Source: Camelus dromedarius
Lineage: Eukaryota
Reading direction: 5' to 3'
NCBI RefSeq assembly: GCF_036321535.1
Contig: NC_087437.1
Coordinates: 12,526,001 to 12,590,000 of the forward strand
DNA: 64,000 bases
Shown here: positions 1 to 11,640 of the stretch, piece after piece
How the letters are laid out: each line of letters starts with the position of its first letter
Numbering within the stretch: position 1 is the first letter of the stretch
Position numbers and translations under genes: made by a program
Notes under the pieces: model-generated
What the model saw: the letters and a program-made list of their open reading frames with translations, nothing else
What the model was told of the DNA's origin: nothing
Database searches by the model: none

Positions 1-562
1 GCAGTTTGGATGCCACATTGGAGGCTGCTGCTTGTTGGGGATGCAGTCACCAAACAGAACTGAATAAGACAATAAGTAAGCAAGGAAATAAATAAAAGCA
101 GGAGGCAAAAAGCAGATCCAAATTATTCCTCAAAGACTGCTTCCCCAAACTGAAATCACAACAGAATGGCTGGCGTGCAGTTGTTTTATTGAATGACACA
201 AGCCTCTTTTCCCCCCGGGGAAGTCTAAAAACTGCTTTTTTGGCCTGCCTGAGATCGCTGAATGAGCTAATACAGGACACGTTGTCTGCTGAGCCTGCAG
301 AGTTTTCGAGCAAAAATTTTATCATTCCACGGACTGATTGTGCTCTCCTGGAATAAGGAACAAAATGTTGGAGGCCTCTCAAGGGCATTTGATGAATCTA
401 ACTCTAATTTAAAGGGACTAATAGATTATTGATTTAAGCAGGATGACAGTGAACCGATCAATGGTCCAGCCCTTTGTAGCTATCTTAAATACCAAAAACG
501 ACTAGATGAAGGGGAGCCATCAGCCGTCGTCTGTCCCCTCGCTTGTTTCCCACTCTCTTTAT

Positions 563-590
563 GGGGGTGGGGTGGGGGTGGGGGCCAGGG
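563..590 (+). other. G-quadruplex-forming motif
   Basis: GGGGG-T-GGGG-T-GGGGG-T-GGGGG-CCA-GGG. Confidence 0.7.
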
Positions 591-1124
591 AAGAGGAGCA
601 CTGATAAACTTGGCCAAAGCATGTTTTTGGTACACGACCAAGAAGGCCAGAGATTGCACTGAAACTCGAATCTGCTTTTCTATTGATGCCGTATCTTGGT
701 TGTAATTCTGTAATTTGCATTGGCACGTTTGCTTAAGGGCTCCTTTTGGCGATCTGACTGTACCACTGAGATTTTTCTTTTTCACTTTGCATTGTTCTCA
801 GCGTCAGAGGCCACACGGAGGAAATGCAGGACCATAGCAGATCAGTTTTGAGAGGACATTTGAATATGTATAGTTAAACAGTTATTTCTTGACCACCAAT
901 GGGAAAGTTTTCTCGAAGATGATTATTTCCTGCTGTATATATGTCTTTTCTGTTTATGTTTGTATGAGATGCATGTGTGGCATTGGTAGAGATCACATTA
1001 CAAACCACAATAGACAGAAACAATTCAACCTTCAAAACACAGCCTGGCCACCTCCTCTGGGAAGCCTCCCTTGATTTCTCTGAGCCGAATAAGACTTATA
1101 GCCCTCTCTGTCATTATGTCACAT

Positions 1125-1318
1125 CAGTGGCTCCCAAACTCCTATAATTTGGAGTCATCTGGGAATTTTTTTTTTTCTCAAACACTGATACCTGGCTCTC
1201 CCACTCCCAGGCATTCTGCATTATAGGTCTGAGATACAACTTGGGCGTTTTAGGATGTTTGAAAAACTCCCCAGGTAGTTCTAAAGTTCTAATACACAGC
1301 CAGGTTTGAGAACCACTG
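1125..1318. mobile_element. MER5-like hAT-Charlie MITE
   Basis: Terminal inverted repeats CAGTGGCTCCCAAACT and GGTTTGAGAACCACTG; decayed 8-bp TSD TGTCACAT/TATTATAT. Confidence 0.8.
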
Positions 1319-2899
1319 TATTATATTCTAATTGTTGGTTTACTCTCTATTAGGCCCAACTTGTCATGGCTAAGGGATTGTACCATGTACCATCCATAGC
1401 CTGTAACACTCGCTTGGCATGTTATAGTCACTCAGGGAGTGAAATGATTGAATGCAGGAACATGCGCTGTACAAATATGGGCAAGTTCATAGCACCGCTG
1501 GTGAAATCACCACAGCCTTAATAAAAGTCCAGAGCCCTTGCTATTGATTGCTTACAACAGAACATTTTCATTCATGCAGCTGTTCGGGAAGAGTCTCCTG
1601 ATTCATTCCTTTGCTATAAGTGACTCTCATCCACAGAGAAAGGCTCTTACCAACCGTTATAAAATGTTTCCAGATTTTCGAGGTCTCCCCACGTTCGTGT
1701 GCTTTGCCCGAGTTGCTCAGGTTTACATTGCCTGCCACTCTGTTTCCTCTCTTGGGGAGGGGGTGATGCCGGGCCCCCTCAGTACGTGTATTAGAAGTGG
1801 CATATTTATGGAAATTACCACCCACTTTTGAAATTCAGGGCATACCTCTGACAGCTGAATCCAGCCCTAACAGAATTCTATTTACAACTTTCCTAGACAA
1901 GCCAGATTAGCTGTTCTACATGGACGAGTGGAACATCAAAACACACTCTCCCCACATCGCGCCCAATAGGGAGTGATCTTCCCGCTGTCATCACGGCTCG
2001 CTCACTTGGGGCACACAAATAAAACCAATCAGAAAGCTCTGGGAGGCATTTCAGGAAGGACTCACCTACATTGATATTAGGGACAATATACATTGACACA
2101 GCCTTTCTAGAAGAAACAAAATATTCTTAAACAACCATATGTTCTGCACTAATCATTCCACTCTCAGAAGTGAAATAGTCAGAGATATGCTGAGAATAGC
2201 CAAAAAGATATTCATCATAATGGAATTTTTTGCAGGAAAAATATTTATCGACATAGAAACAAACTCATGACATAGTAAGTGGAACACAGTCCCCAACAGA
2301 ATCTACGGTACAATTCCACTTTGTTAAATAAACAAACTCCAAACATTTCCATGCATAGTAAAATGTTCTGAAGGTTAGATGCCAAGACAATAAAACAGTA
2401 GTAGTTTTCTCTGAGTGAAAGGATTGTGGGTGATTCTGCGTGTGTCTGTTTTCTTAAGTTTTTAACAAAGAGCGATGTAATATTTAGTACTGTTTTCTTA
2501 TTGGTGCCATTATTACTCATTTGCTTTCAAGGAAGCTGATTGGTGTAGTGTGAGAAATGCTTTTGCACTGTAGCTTGATAGCTGAACTGATAAGCTTTTG
2601 TGGCGTCTTGGATGTCAACCTTCCTAGGCAACACTTGCCACGACTGTGCCAAGCTAACCCATAAAGACTGTACCAGATTCATCTGTTAGACCTGCACTGT
2701 TCTAATGAATTCATTCCAAGGTTCTTCTGAATTATGAAAATACTATAATTATAGTTGATTCTGTTCCAAAGGGATAATGAATTACTTTTAAAGGGAGCAA
2801 ATGAGTATATGAAAGCCATTTGATTCCTAATTTCACCATTTAAAAACTGAGAGGGGCACTTAGTGCTCAGAATGAAGATGAATAAGGAAAAGAGAAAAA

Positions 2900-4230
2900 A
2901 ATTCATGTATTAATTCAACAAATAATTGTCAGTTACCCACCTACTATGTGCCAGGACCTCTTCTAGGCCTGAAACACAGTCATAAATAATCATGTAAGTT
3001 CCTTGGGGTCACAAGACCCATACTTGGGGGGAAGCACAGGGGGAATGTAAAATTGTAAACAAGCAAACTTTCTAAATTTATACACTAGTTGGGGTACTAT
3101 AGAAAAATAAAAATAAAAATAAAATAAGGAGATATAGTGACCAGGAGTGGGAAGGGGCATTTTATTTAGAAAAATCATCTCTGAGGAGGTGATACCTGCT
3201 CTAAGATCTAAGAGAGAAAAGGAACCAGACATGTGAAGTTCTGAGAATTTCCAAGTGGGGGGAAACGGTTAGTGTGGTACCCTGAAGTTGGTATGCAAGC
3301 TTGCCTATTCAAGAGGTGGAACAGAAATCAAGTGTTTACAAGTCAGTGAACATACGCACCCCCATGTTCACAGCAGCACTATTTACAATAGCATGGAAAC
3401 AGCCCAAATGTCCATCGATAGATGACTGGATAAGAAAGCTGTGGTATAGTTATACAGTGAAATACTACTCAGCCATAAAAAAGGATAAAATAATGCCATT
3501 TGCAGCAACATGGATGGACCTGGAGATCATCATTCTAAGTGAAGTAAGCCAGAAGGAGAAAGACAAATACCATATGATATCACACATATGTGAAACCTAA
3601 AAAAAATGACACAGATGAATTTATTCACAAAACAGAAACAGACTCACAAACACAGAGAACAAACTTATGGTTACTAGTGGGTAAAGGGGGTGAGAAGGGA
3701 TAAATTGGGAATTTGAAAATTATACCTCTTGGAGAGTGATGGAAATGGTAGCTATCTTGATGGTAGTGGTTTCATGGGTGCATACACATCTATCAGAATT
3801 CATCAAATTGTACATTTGGAATATGTGTAGTTCAGTGTACAGGAACAATAACCACAATAAAGGTGTTTTTAAAAAGTCAATGAACAAGGAGAATCATTGA
3901 ATTCAGTGATGTTACTGAAGGGCCGTATCATGAAGAGCCTTGTTAAACAGCAAAGAGTTTGGCTTTGACCTAACTGGTGACCTGCTGGGCTTTGGGCAGG
4001 TGAAGGAGAGGGATTGCTCTTAACTTTGGAGCAGTGATCTGACTGTGTGTCTGCAGAGTGGACCCCAGGGCAGAAGAACAGGCAGGGAGACCAGTGAAGA
4101 GTCTTCTCGGGAGCGCAGGTTGGGGCTGACGGGGGATTGCTAGGCAGCATTGTGAGACATGAATGGATTAACGGCGTGTTCAGGGGGTAGAGTTGGAGTT
4201 GCCTTGATTTGCTGACAGTTTGGCTGTAGG
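2900..4230 (-). mobile_element. L2 fragment interrupted by an L1 insertion at 3353-3871
   Basis: L2 3' motif ATTCAACAAATA...CCTACTATGTGCCAGG at about 2910-2960; L2-like body resumes after 3886. Confidence 0.6.
3353..3871 (+). mobile_element. Composite L1: young ORF2-end/3'UTR piece (3353-~3722) fused to an older L1M-type 3' end with AATAAA
   Basis: ORF 3301-3600 resembles the L1 ORF2 C-terminus (TPMFTAALFTIA..WKQPKCPS..). Flanks ACAAGTCAGTGAACA (3338-3352) and AAAAGTCAATGAACA (3872-3886) look like a TSD. Confidence 0.85.
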
Positions 4231-5327
4231 GCAGTCCAGCCGGTAGAACATCTAATCTGGGAGGTTATGAACAGTGGAACAACTAGAAGTTTTATCCTCT
4301 GGGAAATACACCGAATCCTGTAAAGTGGCTGGGAGCGTGGAGATTTGAGGACATCTGACCACTTTCAGTCACTCCCTTCCCCGCTCCCATCGCACTCTAT
4401 GAACAGTTTTGCCTGTACTAGGAATAGGACTAGGTCTTGCTTTGACTTTGAGCAGAAATCCAGAGAGTAGGGGTGGGAGATTACTCAGGTCCTAAGTTCT
4501 AAATTCCTATTTCCCATGGGATTGGGGTGGTTAAATAATGAGACGGAGGAGGAGTTGTGCGTTTGTAAATCTAGAATAAAGGGCAGGTCAGTCTGCGCCG
4601 TTGTTAGTGGGAGCCGCTGCTTCTCAAACATTCATTGTACGTTCAGTCACTTGGCGGTTTGGTTACGATGCAGCTCTGATTCCCTGGGCTTGAGCTGGGG
4701 CCACATGCCACCTTTTCTGATAAGCTGTGACATGACGATGATGCTGCTGGTCTGAGGAGACTCCGAGTCACAGACATCCACCAACACGGACTTGATGAAG
4801 CTCAGCTCTGGCCGTGGACTCACTTCCCTCCCCATGTCCTTGTAGAATGGCTGCTTTGGGCATTTTCTTCATTTCCTAAAGAAACAGACTTGGTTAAGTG
4901 AGAAACAGAGTTGCACAGGTCATTTCCAAGGCTCTGAGTCAGAAGCCAGGGGAAGTGAGTAAAGGATTCTGAGGGGTGCAGTGTGAACCTCCGTCTCTAC
5001 CAATGCCCTGCAGATCTCAGACAGGTCACTGCCCCCCTCTGGCTTTCTGTTTCTTTTGAGGGCAAAGTGGTGACAGAATCCCCTCCCTCACGGAGCCACG
5101 GTGCCCTGTGAGTGGGAGAGGCGTATGGGGCTGCTTTGTAAGCTGGGAAGTACCACGTCAGTGTCAGGATGCCCACTGCCATGCCTACAGTGACAGCTGC
5201 TTTTGTGGGTGCATCCTCGCTATGTTATTGCTGAATGGAGGGCAGAGTCTAGGAACTCACTGGTGAAGAGGAAATGAGCTGAAACGCATTTTCCCTCTTT
5301 TTCTCCTCCTCCCCACCTCCCCTGTAG

Positions 5328-5476
5328 CGATTGAAACGCAGAGCACCAGCTCAGAGGAACTGGTCCCCAGCCCTCCGTCTCCACTTCCTCCTCCTCGCGT
5401 GTACAAACCCTGCTTCGTCTGCCAGGACAAGTCGTCCGGGTACCACTATGGGGTCAGCGCCTGCGAGGGGTGTAAG
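5328..5476 (+). CDS. RARB: RARB coding exon: proline-rich B region and first zinc finger ([52 protein letters not shown])
   Basis: Polypyrimidine tract and TAG acceptor ending at 5327, donor AAG|GTGAGT at 5477, 149 nt, phase 1 in and phase 0 out. The translation is a RAR C4 zinc finger. [26 protein letters not shown] fits RARB rather than RARA or RARG as I recall them. Confidence 0.97.
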
Positions 5477-6389
5477 GTGAGTGCCCATCTCTGCACCCAG
5501 GATGCTCTGTTGTCCGCGTGCTCCATGGACGCGACCTGCCCAGCTCCAGGACTCGGCTGCTTCGACATCTGTAACGTCACCTCCGATCATTCTGGTGGGC
5601 TGGGCTGTGTTTGTTGGTTTCATTTCTTCCTTATATCTCATTAGTTAAAAATTCAGAAACTTCAGCAAATGACTGATGGCCGCCAAATGTTCTGGGGCCC
5701 TTCGAAGAGTTCTTTTCAGGTAACAAGAGCCTTTTGAAGGAGTCCTTAAAGCATCATCTTGTTTCTCTTTAGAATATGCCATCTGGTGTCTTTGTAGTTT
5801 TATTTTATTTTTAAATATGACTGACAGTCCCCTGAATCAACTTGCAGAGAATCCAAGGTTGAAATGGGGATTTATCTTCTGGCTGTTTCCTCAGCCCTGT
5901 GGCCTTTGAATTACAGTTTCAGCCTGTAGGGACTTGCTACTGTGTGTGTCATAAATTCAGGGGAGCTGGATTTAAAATTCCAGCCTACAGAGAAGTGGAG
6001 GCTGAACATGTGTCAGAGAGGATATGGCTGCTTTGAATCAAACTAGACAATCGTAATCGAGGCCAACAGGCTTAATTGAGTGAAAGAGCTTCTTAGTTTT
6101 TTTTAAAGAGAGGAAAGAAACAAAGAGTGACTTCATAGGCAAATCCAACCCGTCCATAGCCAGTCTCTCAAAGGCTCTGCGGCTGTCCTGAGCCAGCCCT
6201 TCCCTAGACACACGGCTTCTTTCTCTTCCCGCCAATGGCAGTTAAGGCGTGTCGTTTACGCACCCAAATTGCATGATGTGTTGACCATTATAATAAACAT
6301 GTTGGAATCATAGTACAGGTGCCCCCCTCCCAGGTGCTCCGAAGCATTTTGTATTTGGCTTATCGGAGTCAGTACTTGCTGTTACTGTG

Positions 6390-6861
6390 TGTATGGGGGA
6401 GTCAGGCTCTATTCTGTGACACACCAGCCTAAAACGGAATGGCTTGAAACAGCAGCCTTTCATTTGGCTCATGACTCATGGGGCCAGCATGTTAGGCCAG
6501 GTTCCTCTGTGGGGGTTCGTGTGGTCCTGGCCCCACGTGGATGGGGTCACCTGCAGGGTGGCTGGCTGGCTTTGCTTCTGAGGTGCTGCCCGTTGGTGGG
6601 GGACCCTCAGCTTTCATGCCTGTTGGGCTGGCCCCGGTGATTCGCACAGGCAGGGTTCCAGAAGAGAGAACCGGGCTCAGGAGGAGGCACCGTCTCTTCT
6701 GACACAGTCTGGTGGCCAAAGCAAGTCAGAAGGCCACTCCATACTCAAGAAGTAGCTATATAAACTCACCTTCTTAACACAGGAGCCGCAAATTCACATG
6801 ATAAGGGGCAGGACAGCAGGGGAAGGACAGCTGGGGTCATTTTTGGACCCAGTCTGCCACA
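6390..6861 (-). mobile_element. ERVL-MaLR solo LTR (MLT1-like)
   Basis: TG...CTGCCACA ends and MLT1 motifs (GGCTTGAAACAGCA, TGGCCAAAGCAAGTCA). Confidence 0.75.
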
Positions 6862-7999
6862 CTGCATGTCTGATTGCCTGGGGACACAAAGTGTATCAGG
6901 ACCCTAGCTCACGCGGTGCCTCACACACAGCCTGCGTGTCCTGAGTGCTTAAAGATGCGGTTTGAACAAATGCCTAAGTGTCACTTAGCCCCCTGAAGAA
7001 ATGTATGTGAATTTTTCTTCCTTTTAAAATCAGTCGACTAAACATTATGATTTTACAGGGTGAGGCCAGTTTGGGGAAATTCATTACAGCCTTAGGAACA
7101 TGTCTTCCTCTGGGATTGTGTTGGTTTGAAAGGAATGCCCCTTCCTCTGGTAGCTTCAGATATGGTGGTCAAGGAAGTTAACCCAGCAACCAGTTGGCAA
7201 CTGGATAAAAAGCAAAACATCTGTGCCTCTAATTAATGCTTTATCATTGGTAACCCCTAGCTGAACCTGCTTAAATTTATCCTGAGATTTGGGAAGGGTT
7301 CAGCAGAATACCAGTTCACTTTGTCCATTTGTTGTGCAATATGTAAATAAATCATTTTCTAGCACTCATTTAAAAGTTACATGAAAGGACACGCCTTTAT
7401 TTCAAAAAACTCTAAGTCATCTCATGTCCAGAAACCTTAATGAGGTGTGCTCTAACTCAGTGTACCTGCTCCCTTTGTGTCTGGGAAAGGAAATTATCTA
7501 GCGTGTCTTCTCCTGCCAGATCCCAAGCCTCACATATTGAGCTGTTTCACAATCTGTACAGTACAAACTGTTTTAATCAGCTCTTAGTCAGCTAATTCCC
7601 TGACCTCTTGTTTTAATTTGAGATTCGGACTCTTTTTAGGAAAAACCCCAACAAAAACAAAACCTGTACCAGTAGAAGCAACTGTGATGAACTTGGGAAA
7701 GCGGTTCAGAGCCCTGTCATGATGTATCTTTTTAATAGAACTATAAGCCCAGTAAGGTCAGATGAGCTTGCCAGCCAGCTGTCCAACTTGAGAGTTTTTG
7801 AATTGTAGATGGGTCTCTGAAAATGTGGACTGCTTTTCCTCCTGGTTGTTGAGAAAGACTAGCCTGCATTTTGGCTTGCTGGGAAAATGCAGTGACAAAA
7901 TTCACCGAACTTAAAAAACATGAGAAGGCAAAAGTATAATGTGACAGCCAAAGGAAAAAATATATAACTGAAAAAAAATTAAATATAACTTTTGCTATC

Positions 8000-8500
8000 A
8001 TTTAAAAAATTACCAATTCAATGCATAATTTATTGTATAAGAAATAGAATTTTAAAATAACCATAGCTCTAGCCTGGGAGAAAACCCCTGTTAAACCTAT
8101 TTTTCTGTTAGTAGGTGCATATTGTTATTTTGGTTGGTTTTTTTTTAACAAGAATAGAATTTTATGTTGCATACTGGCTTTAACTTTCTTTTTAAATTTA
8201 ACAGTCTTTCATGACAAAGTTTAAACAACTGCATAGTTTTTAGGGCTATACCGTTAAGGTAGTAGTTTATGGTTATATCACAATTTATTTAATAAATCCC
8301 CTATTGTACAATGAAGATGTTTCCAGTGTTTCTCTACTATAAATAATGCTTTAATAAATAGCCTTTATGTATATCTCTGATAATTTACTTAGGATAAGTT
8401 AGTAGAAGCAGAATTTCTAGGTCAACGTCTCTATACATTTTTTAGGCTTAAACAAATTGCCAAAATGCCCTCTAAAAGAAGTGTATAAATTTAAGCTCTG
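8000..8500 (-). mobile_element. Old L1M fragment
   Basis: Degenerate antisense L1 motifs (TTTCCAGTGTTTCTCTACTATAAATAATGCT, AGAAGCAGAATTTCTAGGTCA, AAATTGCCAAAATGCCCTC). Confidence 0.6.
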
Positions 8501-8586
8501 TTAGTCTGTAAAAAGTTAATATTATTGAAGACTATTAGGAATCTGTCCCTTGTGATAATAAAGTAATGAATCAAGAAACAACTTCT

Positions 8587-8773
8587 GTTTCTGCTGTATA
8601 GCATGGGGAACTATGTCCAATATCTTGTAATAACCTTTAATGAAAAAAAAAAAGAAAACAAATAAATGTATGTATATACATGACTGGGACATTGTGCTGT
8701 GCATCAGAAATTGACACATAGTAACTGACAGTACTTCAGTTGAGAGAGAGAGAGAGAAAGGGAGAAAGGGAGA
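8587..8773 (+). mobile_element. 5'-truncated young L1 3' end whose tail is a GA-rich microsatellite
   Basis: Terminal motif GACTGGGACATTGTGCTGT..CAGAAATTGACACA..GTAACTGAC..TACTTCA; TSD-like AAGAAACAACTTCT (8573-8586) and AAGGAAGAACTTCT (8774-8787). Confidence 0.85.
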
Positions 8774-9429
8774 AAGGAAGAACTTCTCTTTGGAAATTCT
8801 GCGTGTCTTTAATTTGGCTGTTAAGATGAGCCCCATGCATGATACGATTTGGGGCTACCAGCAGATCCACCACGAGCCCCCAGTTGACCTATCAGGGCTG
8901 GCCCATCTTTTGGCTGGAGATCAAAGGTCACTACTCTGGGCTAGGAGCCCCCGCTCTAAAGTGGGATTCTCAAACTGAACCCAATTTTTATCTTTAAGAG
9001 GTAATATCAACAGTGGCTTCTGCCTGTCGTGACCAGAATGACCTTAGTGACTATTGTTTGGGGAAGAGGACGTTCTGTCTCCCTAGGGACCAGGTGGCAG
9101 TATCAGCCTGAGAATTTAATGAATGGATTGTGGTCTGCCTCTGGGAATGGCCACTGGCTGCCGTGTTGACACAGCCTCACCATGGCGACATGACCACTGT
9201 ATAGACCAGAGGGATGTCCTGTTTAGGGGGTTTCCAGCTACGCAGTGGCACATTTTTACAGGGGACAAAGAATACAGAAAATGAACATATGGTGTGGTTA
9301 GCCAAGAAGGCTTAGCAATACAAAGTAATAAAGCTGATTTTCAGGAGTTTTTCAGAAACAGTCTTGTTGCTCGTAGCTAGAATTTATGCATCGTTTTGTA
9401 CATTTCCGTTTTCATAGCTTTCAAAGGGG

Positions 9430-9650
9430 ACCTGGAGTGAGAGTATCAGGGTTTGAACCCTCGCTAGACCACTTGCTAGCTTTGTGACCTTGAACAAGCA
9501 TTTTCAATTCTCTGTGTCTCTCTTTTTTCAATTAGAGAAATGGAGATAATAATACCACCTACCCCATAATATTGTGAGGATAAAATGAGTTACTATAAAG
9601 CACATACCTGGCACATGGTACGTGATATATATGTTTAGTTATTGTTTGTG
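9430..9650 (+). mobile_element. MIR SINE
   Basis: Core GTGACCTTGAACAAG...AAAATGGAGATAATAATACCACCTAC...GTGAGGATAAAATGAG. Confidence 0.8.
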
Positions 9651-9834
9651 TCGTCGTTGACTTATTGAAATGACTTTTGCACACAGTGATGTAACATGTT
9701 ATAATCTTAGTATTCTTGTAATCTTCTTTCAGCAATTCCCTATTCCTTCATGCCAAAATAAACACTGCCTCTTTCTTTCAAGACTCAGGTTAAGACCCAG
9801 CCACTCCATGGAACCTCTCCTGATTACCCTAGTA

Positions 9835-10054
9835 CAGGAATCGGCAAATTGATTGTGCCAAGAGCCAGACAGTAAATATTTTAGGCTTCGAAGGCCATAT
9901 GGCATCTGTTACAACTACTCTGCCACTGTAGCATGAAAGGAGCCACGGACAATATGCAAATGAATGAGCATGGATATGTTCCAATAAAACTTTATTTAGA
10001 AAGATAGGCAGTGTGGGCCATATATGGCCCTTGGGTCTAGTTTCCTGACCTCTG
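9835..10054. mobile_element. MER58A-like hAT MITE
   Basis: CAGGAATCGGCAAA...GTAAATATTTTAGGCTT...CCAATAAAACTTTATTT...TGACCTCTG. Confidence 0.85.
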
Positions 10055-10396
10055 CTAAAGTATATGGTGATATGTTCTGTCCTCCAGTGTCTAAAACTCA
10101 GAAACTTTGACCCAAAGTGTTCACACCAAAGGTGTCAGCAGCTGTTTCTGGTGGACTGTGGGCCTGGGACGGCTGCCCCCTGTCCCTGCCCACCTCCTGT
10201 CCGTGCCTGCCCGGGCTCCATGGCAACAGCTTCAGGACCTCTCGCCTGTCTGTTGTCCCTCCACCTCTCGTTCCTGCTCAGCTCCCACCTCATCATCCAA
10301 AACCAGAGATTAGCAGTGTCCTTATAAGTGAGCTGCTCCCGGAAACATCTGACATCTTACTGTGGAGAGGTTTGTGGGACGTGTTTCATGATTTTC

Positions 10397-10841
10397 TGTA
10401 TCAGGAAGCTTTTGCTGCCTAACAAGTAACCATAGTGCTTGTTGGCTTAAGACCAGAGACAAGTATCATCCGTTATGGTTCGTGCAGATCTTCTTATCTG
10501 GGCTGGCTTGGCCTGGGCCAGGCGGGCCCAGGATGGCCCCGCGCGCACGACCCGGGCCTCGGCAGGATGACCGGTTTCTCTTCCCACACTGCCGCTCCTC
10601 ACCCGGGAGCTTCTCTCCCCTGCACTTGTTCATGTGGTGGTGGATGGGTTCCCGTCAGTGAGACAGGACAAGCACTGGTGTGCAAAGCTCTGTTTGCATC
10701 TCACTTGCCCCATTGGCCAAACAAGTTGCAGGGTCAAGCCTGGATTCAGTGGGTAGAGAAATGGACTCCACCGCCTGCAGGGAAAAGTGGCTTAGTCACC
10801 TTGCAAGAGGGTCAGCGTGCCAGAGTCGGCATCTGACCACA
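10397..10841 (-). mobile_element. ERVL-MaLR solo LTR (MLT1-like)
   Basis: TGTATCAGG...CTGACCACA ends; CCATTGGCCAAACAAGT..GCCTGGATTCA motif. Confidence 0.7.
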
Positions 10842-11409
10842 TCCTGTCTTCTGTCATGCCCTGGTTTCCTGCAAAAGTCCCTTCCGAAAACTGTATGCAT
10901 CGTTCTCTCATCCATCAACATGTGTCTGTTGAAGACCTGCTACGTCTCAGGGCCTGTGCTGGGTGCTAGAGATACAGTAGTGAACATGACAGACAGGTCG
11001 CTCCTGGAGCAAGGGGCAGACGACAAGCAGACAATTCAGAGTTGGAAGAAAAGGAATAGAATGGTCTGGTAAAGAATAATGGAAGGGTACCTGATTTGAT
11101 AGGGGGTCACATGAAATCCCATGGCCGAGAAGAAACCAGCAGTGTGACAGAGGAAAGTATTTTAGGTTGAACACTTGGATTCTAGGGCCATTTCTCCTTG
11201 TCTTGGCTGCGTCCGTTAACTTCTCTGGGCTTCAACAGATATGTGAGAGTTAAACACACCACATGTTTGAACCCAGTCCAAAGCCAAATACAAACACTAC
11301 AACAGTGAACTCAACAAGTGCACTGGTTTCCTGTTTGGGAAGGCCTATGTGGTGTGGGAGTCCCTGTGTTTATAAGTCCAAGGGTGAGTAGGGAGAGGGG
11401 AAAACACTG

Positions 11410-11640
11410 CCTTTGTTGGGTACCTTCTCTATACCAGGCATTGGGACATTTTGTACTCATATTTCTTTCGTTTAATTCTCACAACAGCCCTATAGGGGGG
11501 TAGGCTTTATGACTGCCATTTTACAGATGAGGAAACTGGGGTTCAGAGAGGTTAAGGAACTTGGCCAGGGCCACACAGCTGGCCTTTGCTAGGGCTAAGA
11601 CCGGAATCCTCTACCTGTTGGAAAACACCTCCTGCTTCAG
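11410..11640 (-). mobile_element. MIR SINE
   Basis: CCATTTTACAGATGAGGAAACTGGGGTTCAGAGAGGTTAAGGAACTTGGCCAGGGCCACACAGCT. Confidence 0.9.

Noticed and set aside
3301..3600. ORFs resembling L1 ORF2 (also 24904-25095, 45862-46062, 59977-60480, 61712-62117)
   Set aside because: Short truncated retrotransposon remnants, not functional genes.
3966..3983. Perfect half-site pairs with 6-nt spacers (also 21107-21124)
   Set aside because: DR6 is not a standard RAR/RXR spacing and both lie inside old repeats (L2, MLT1).
5477..5644. ORF extension past the donor site (also 44459-44568)
   Set aside because: Read-through into intron after strong GTGAGT/GTAAGT donors; similarity to RAR stops at the splice sites.
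9087..9102. CTCF-like GGACCAGGTGGCAG
   Set aside because: Mismatches at the 5' CC positions; cannot be supported without a matrix score or ChIP data.
11540..11554. DR3-like GGTTCA-GAG-AGGTTA
   Set aside because: Part of the standard MIR core.
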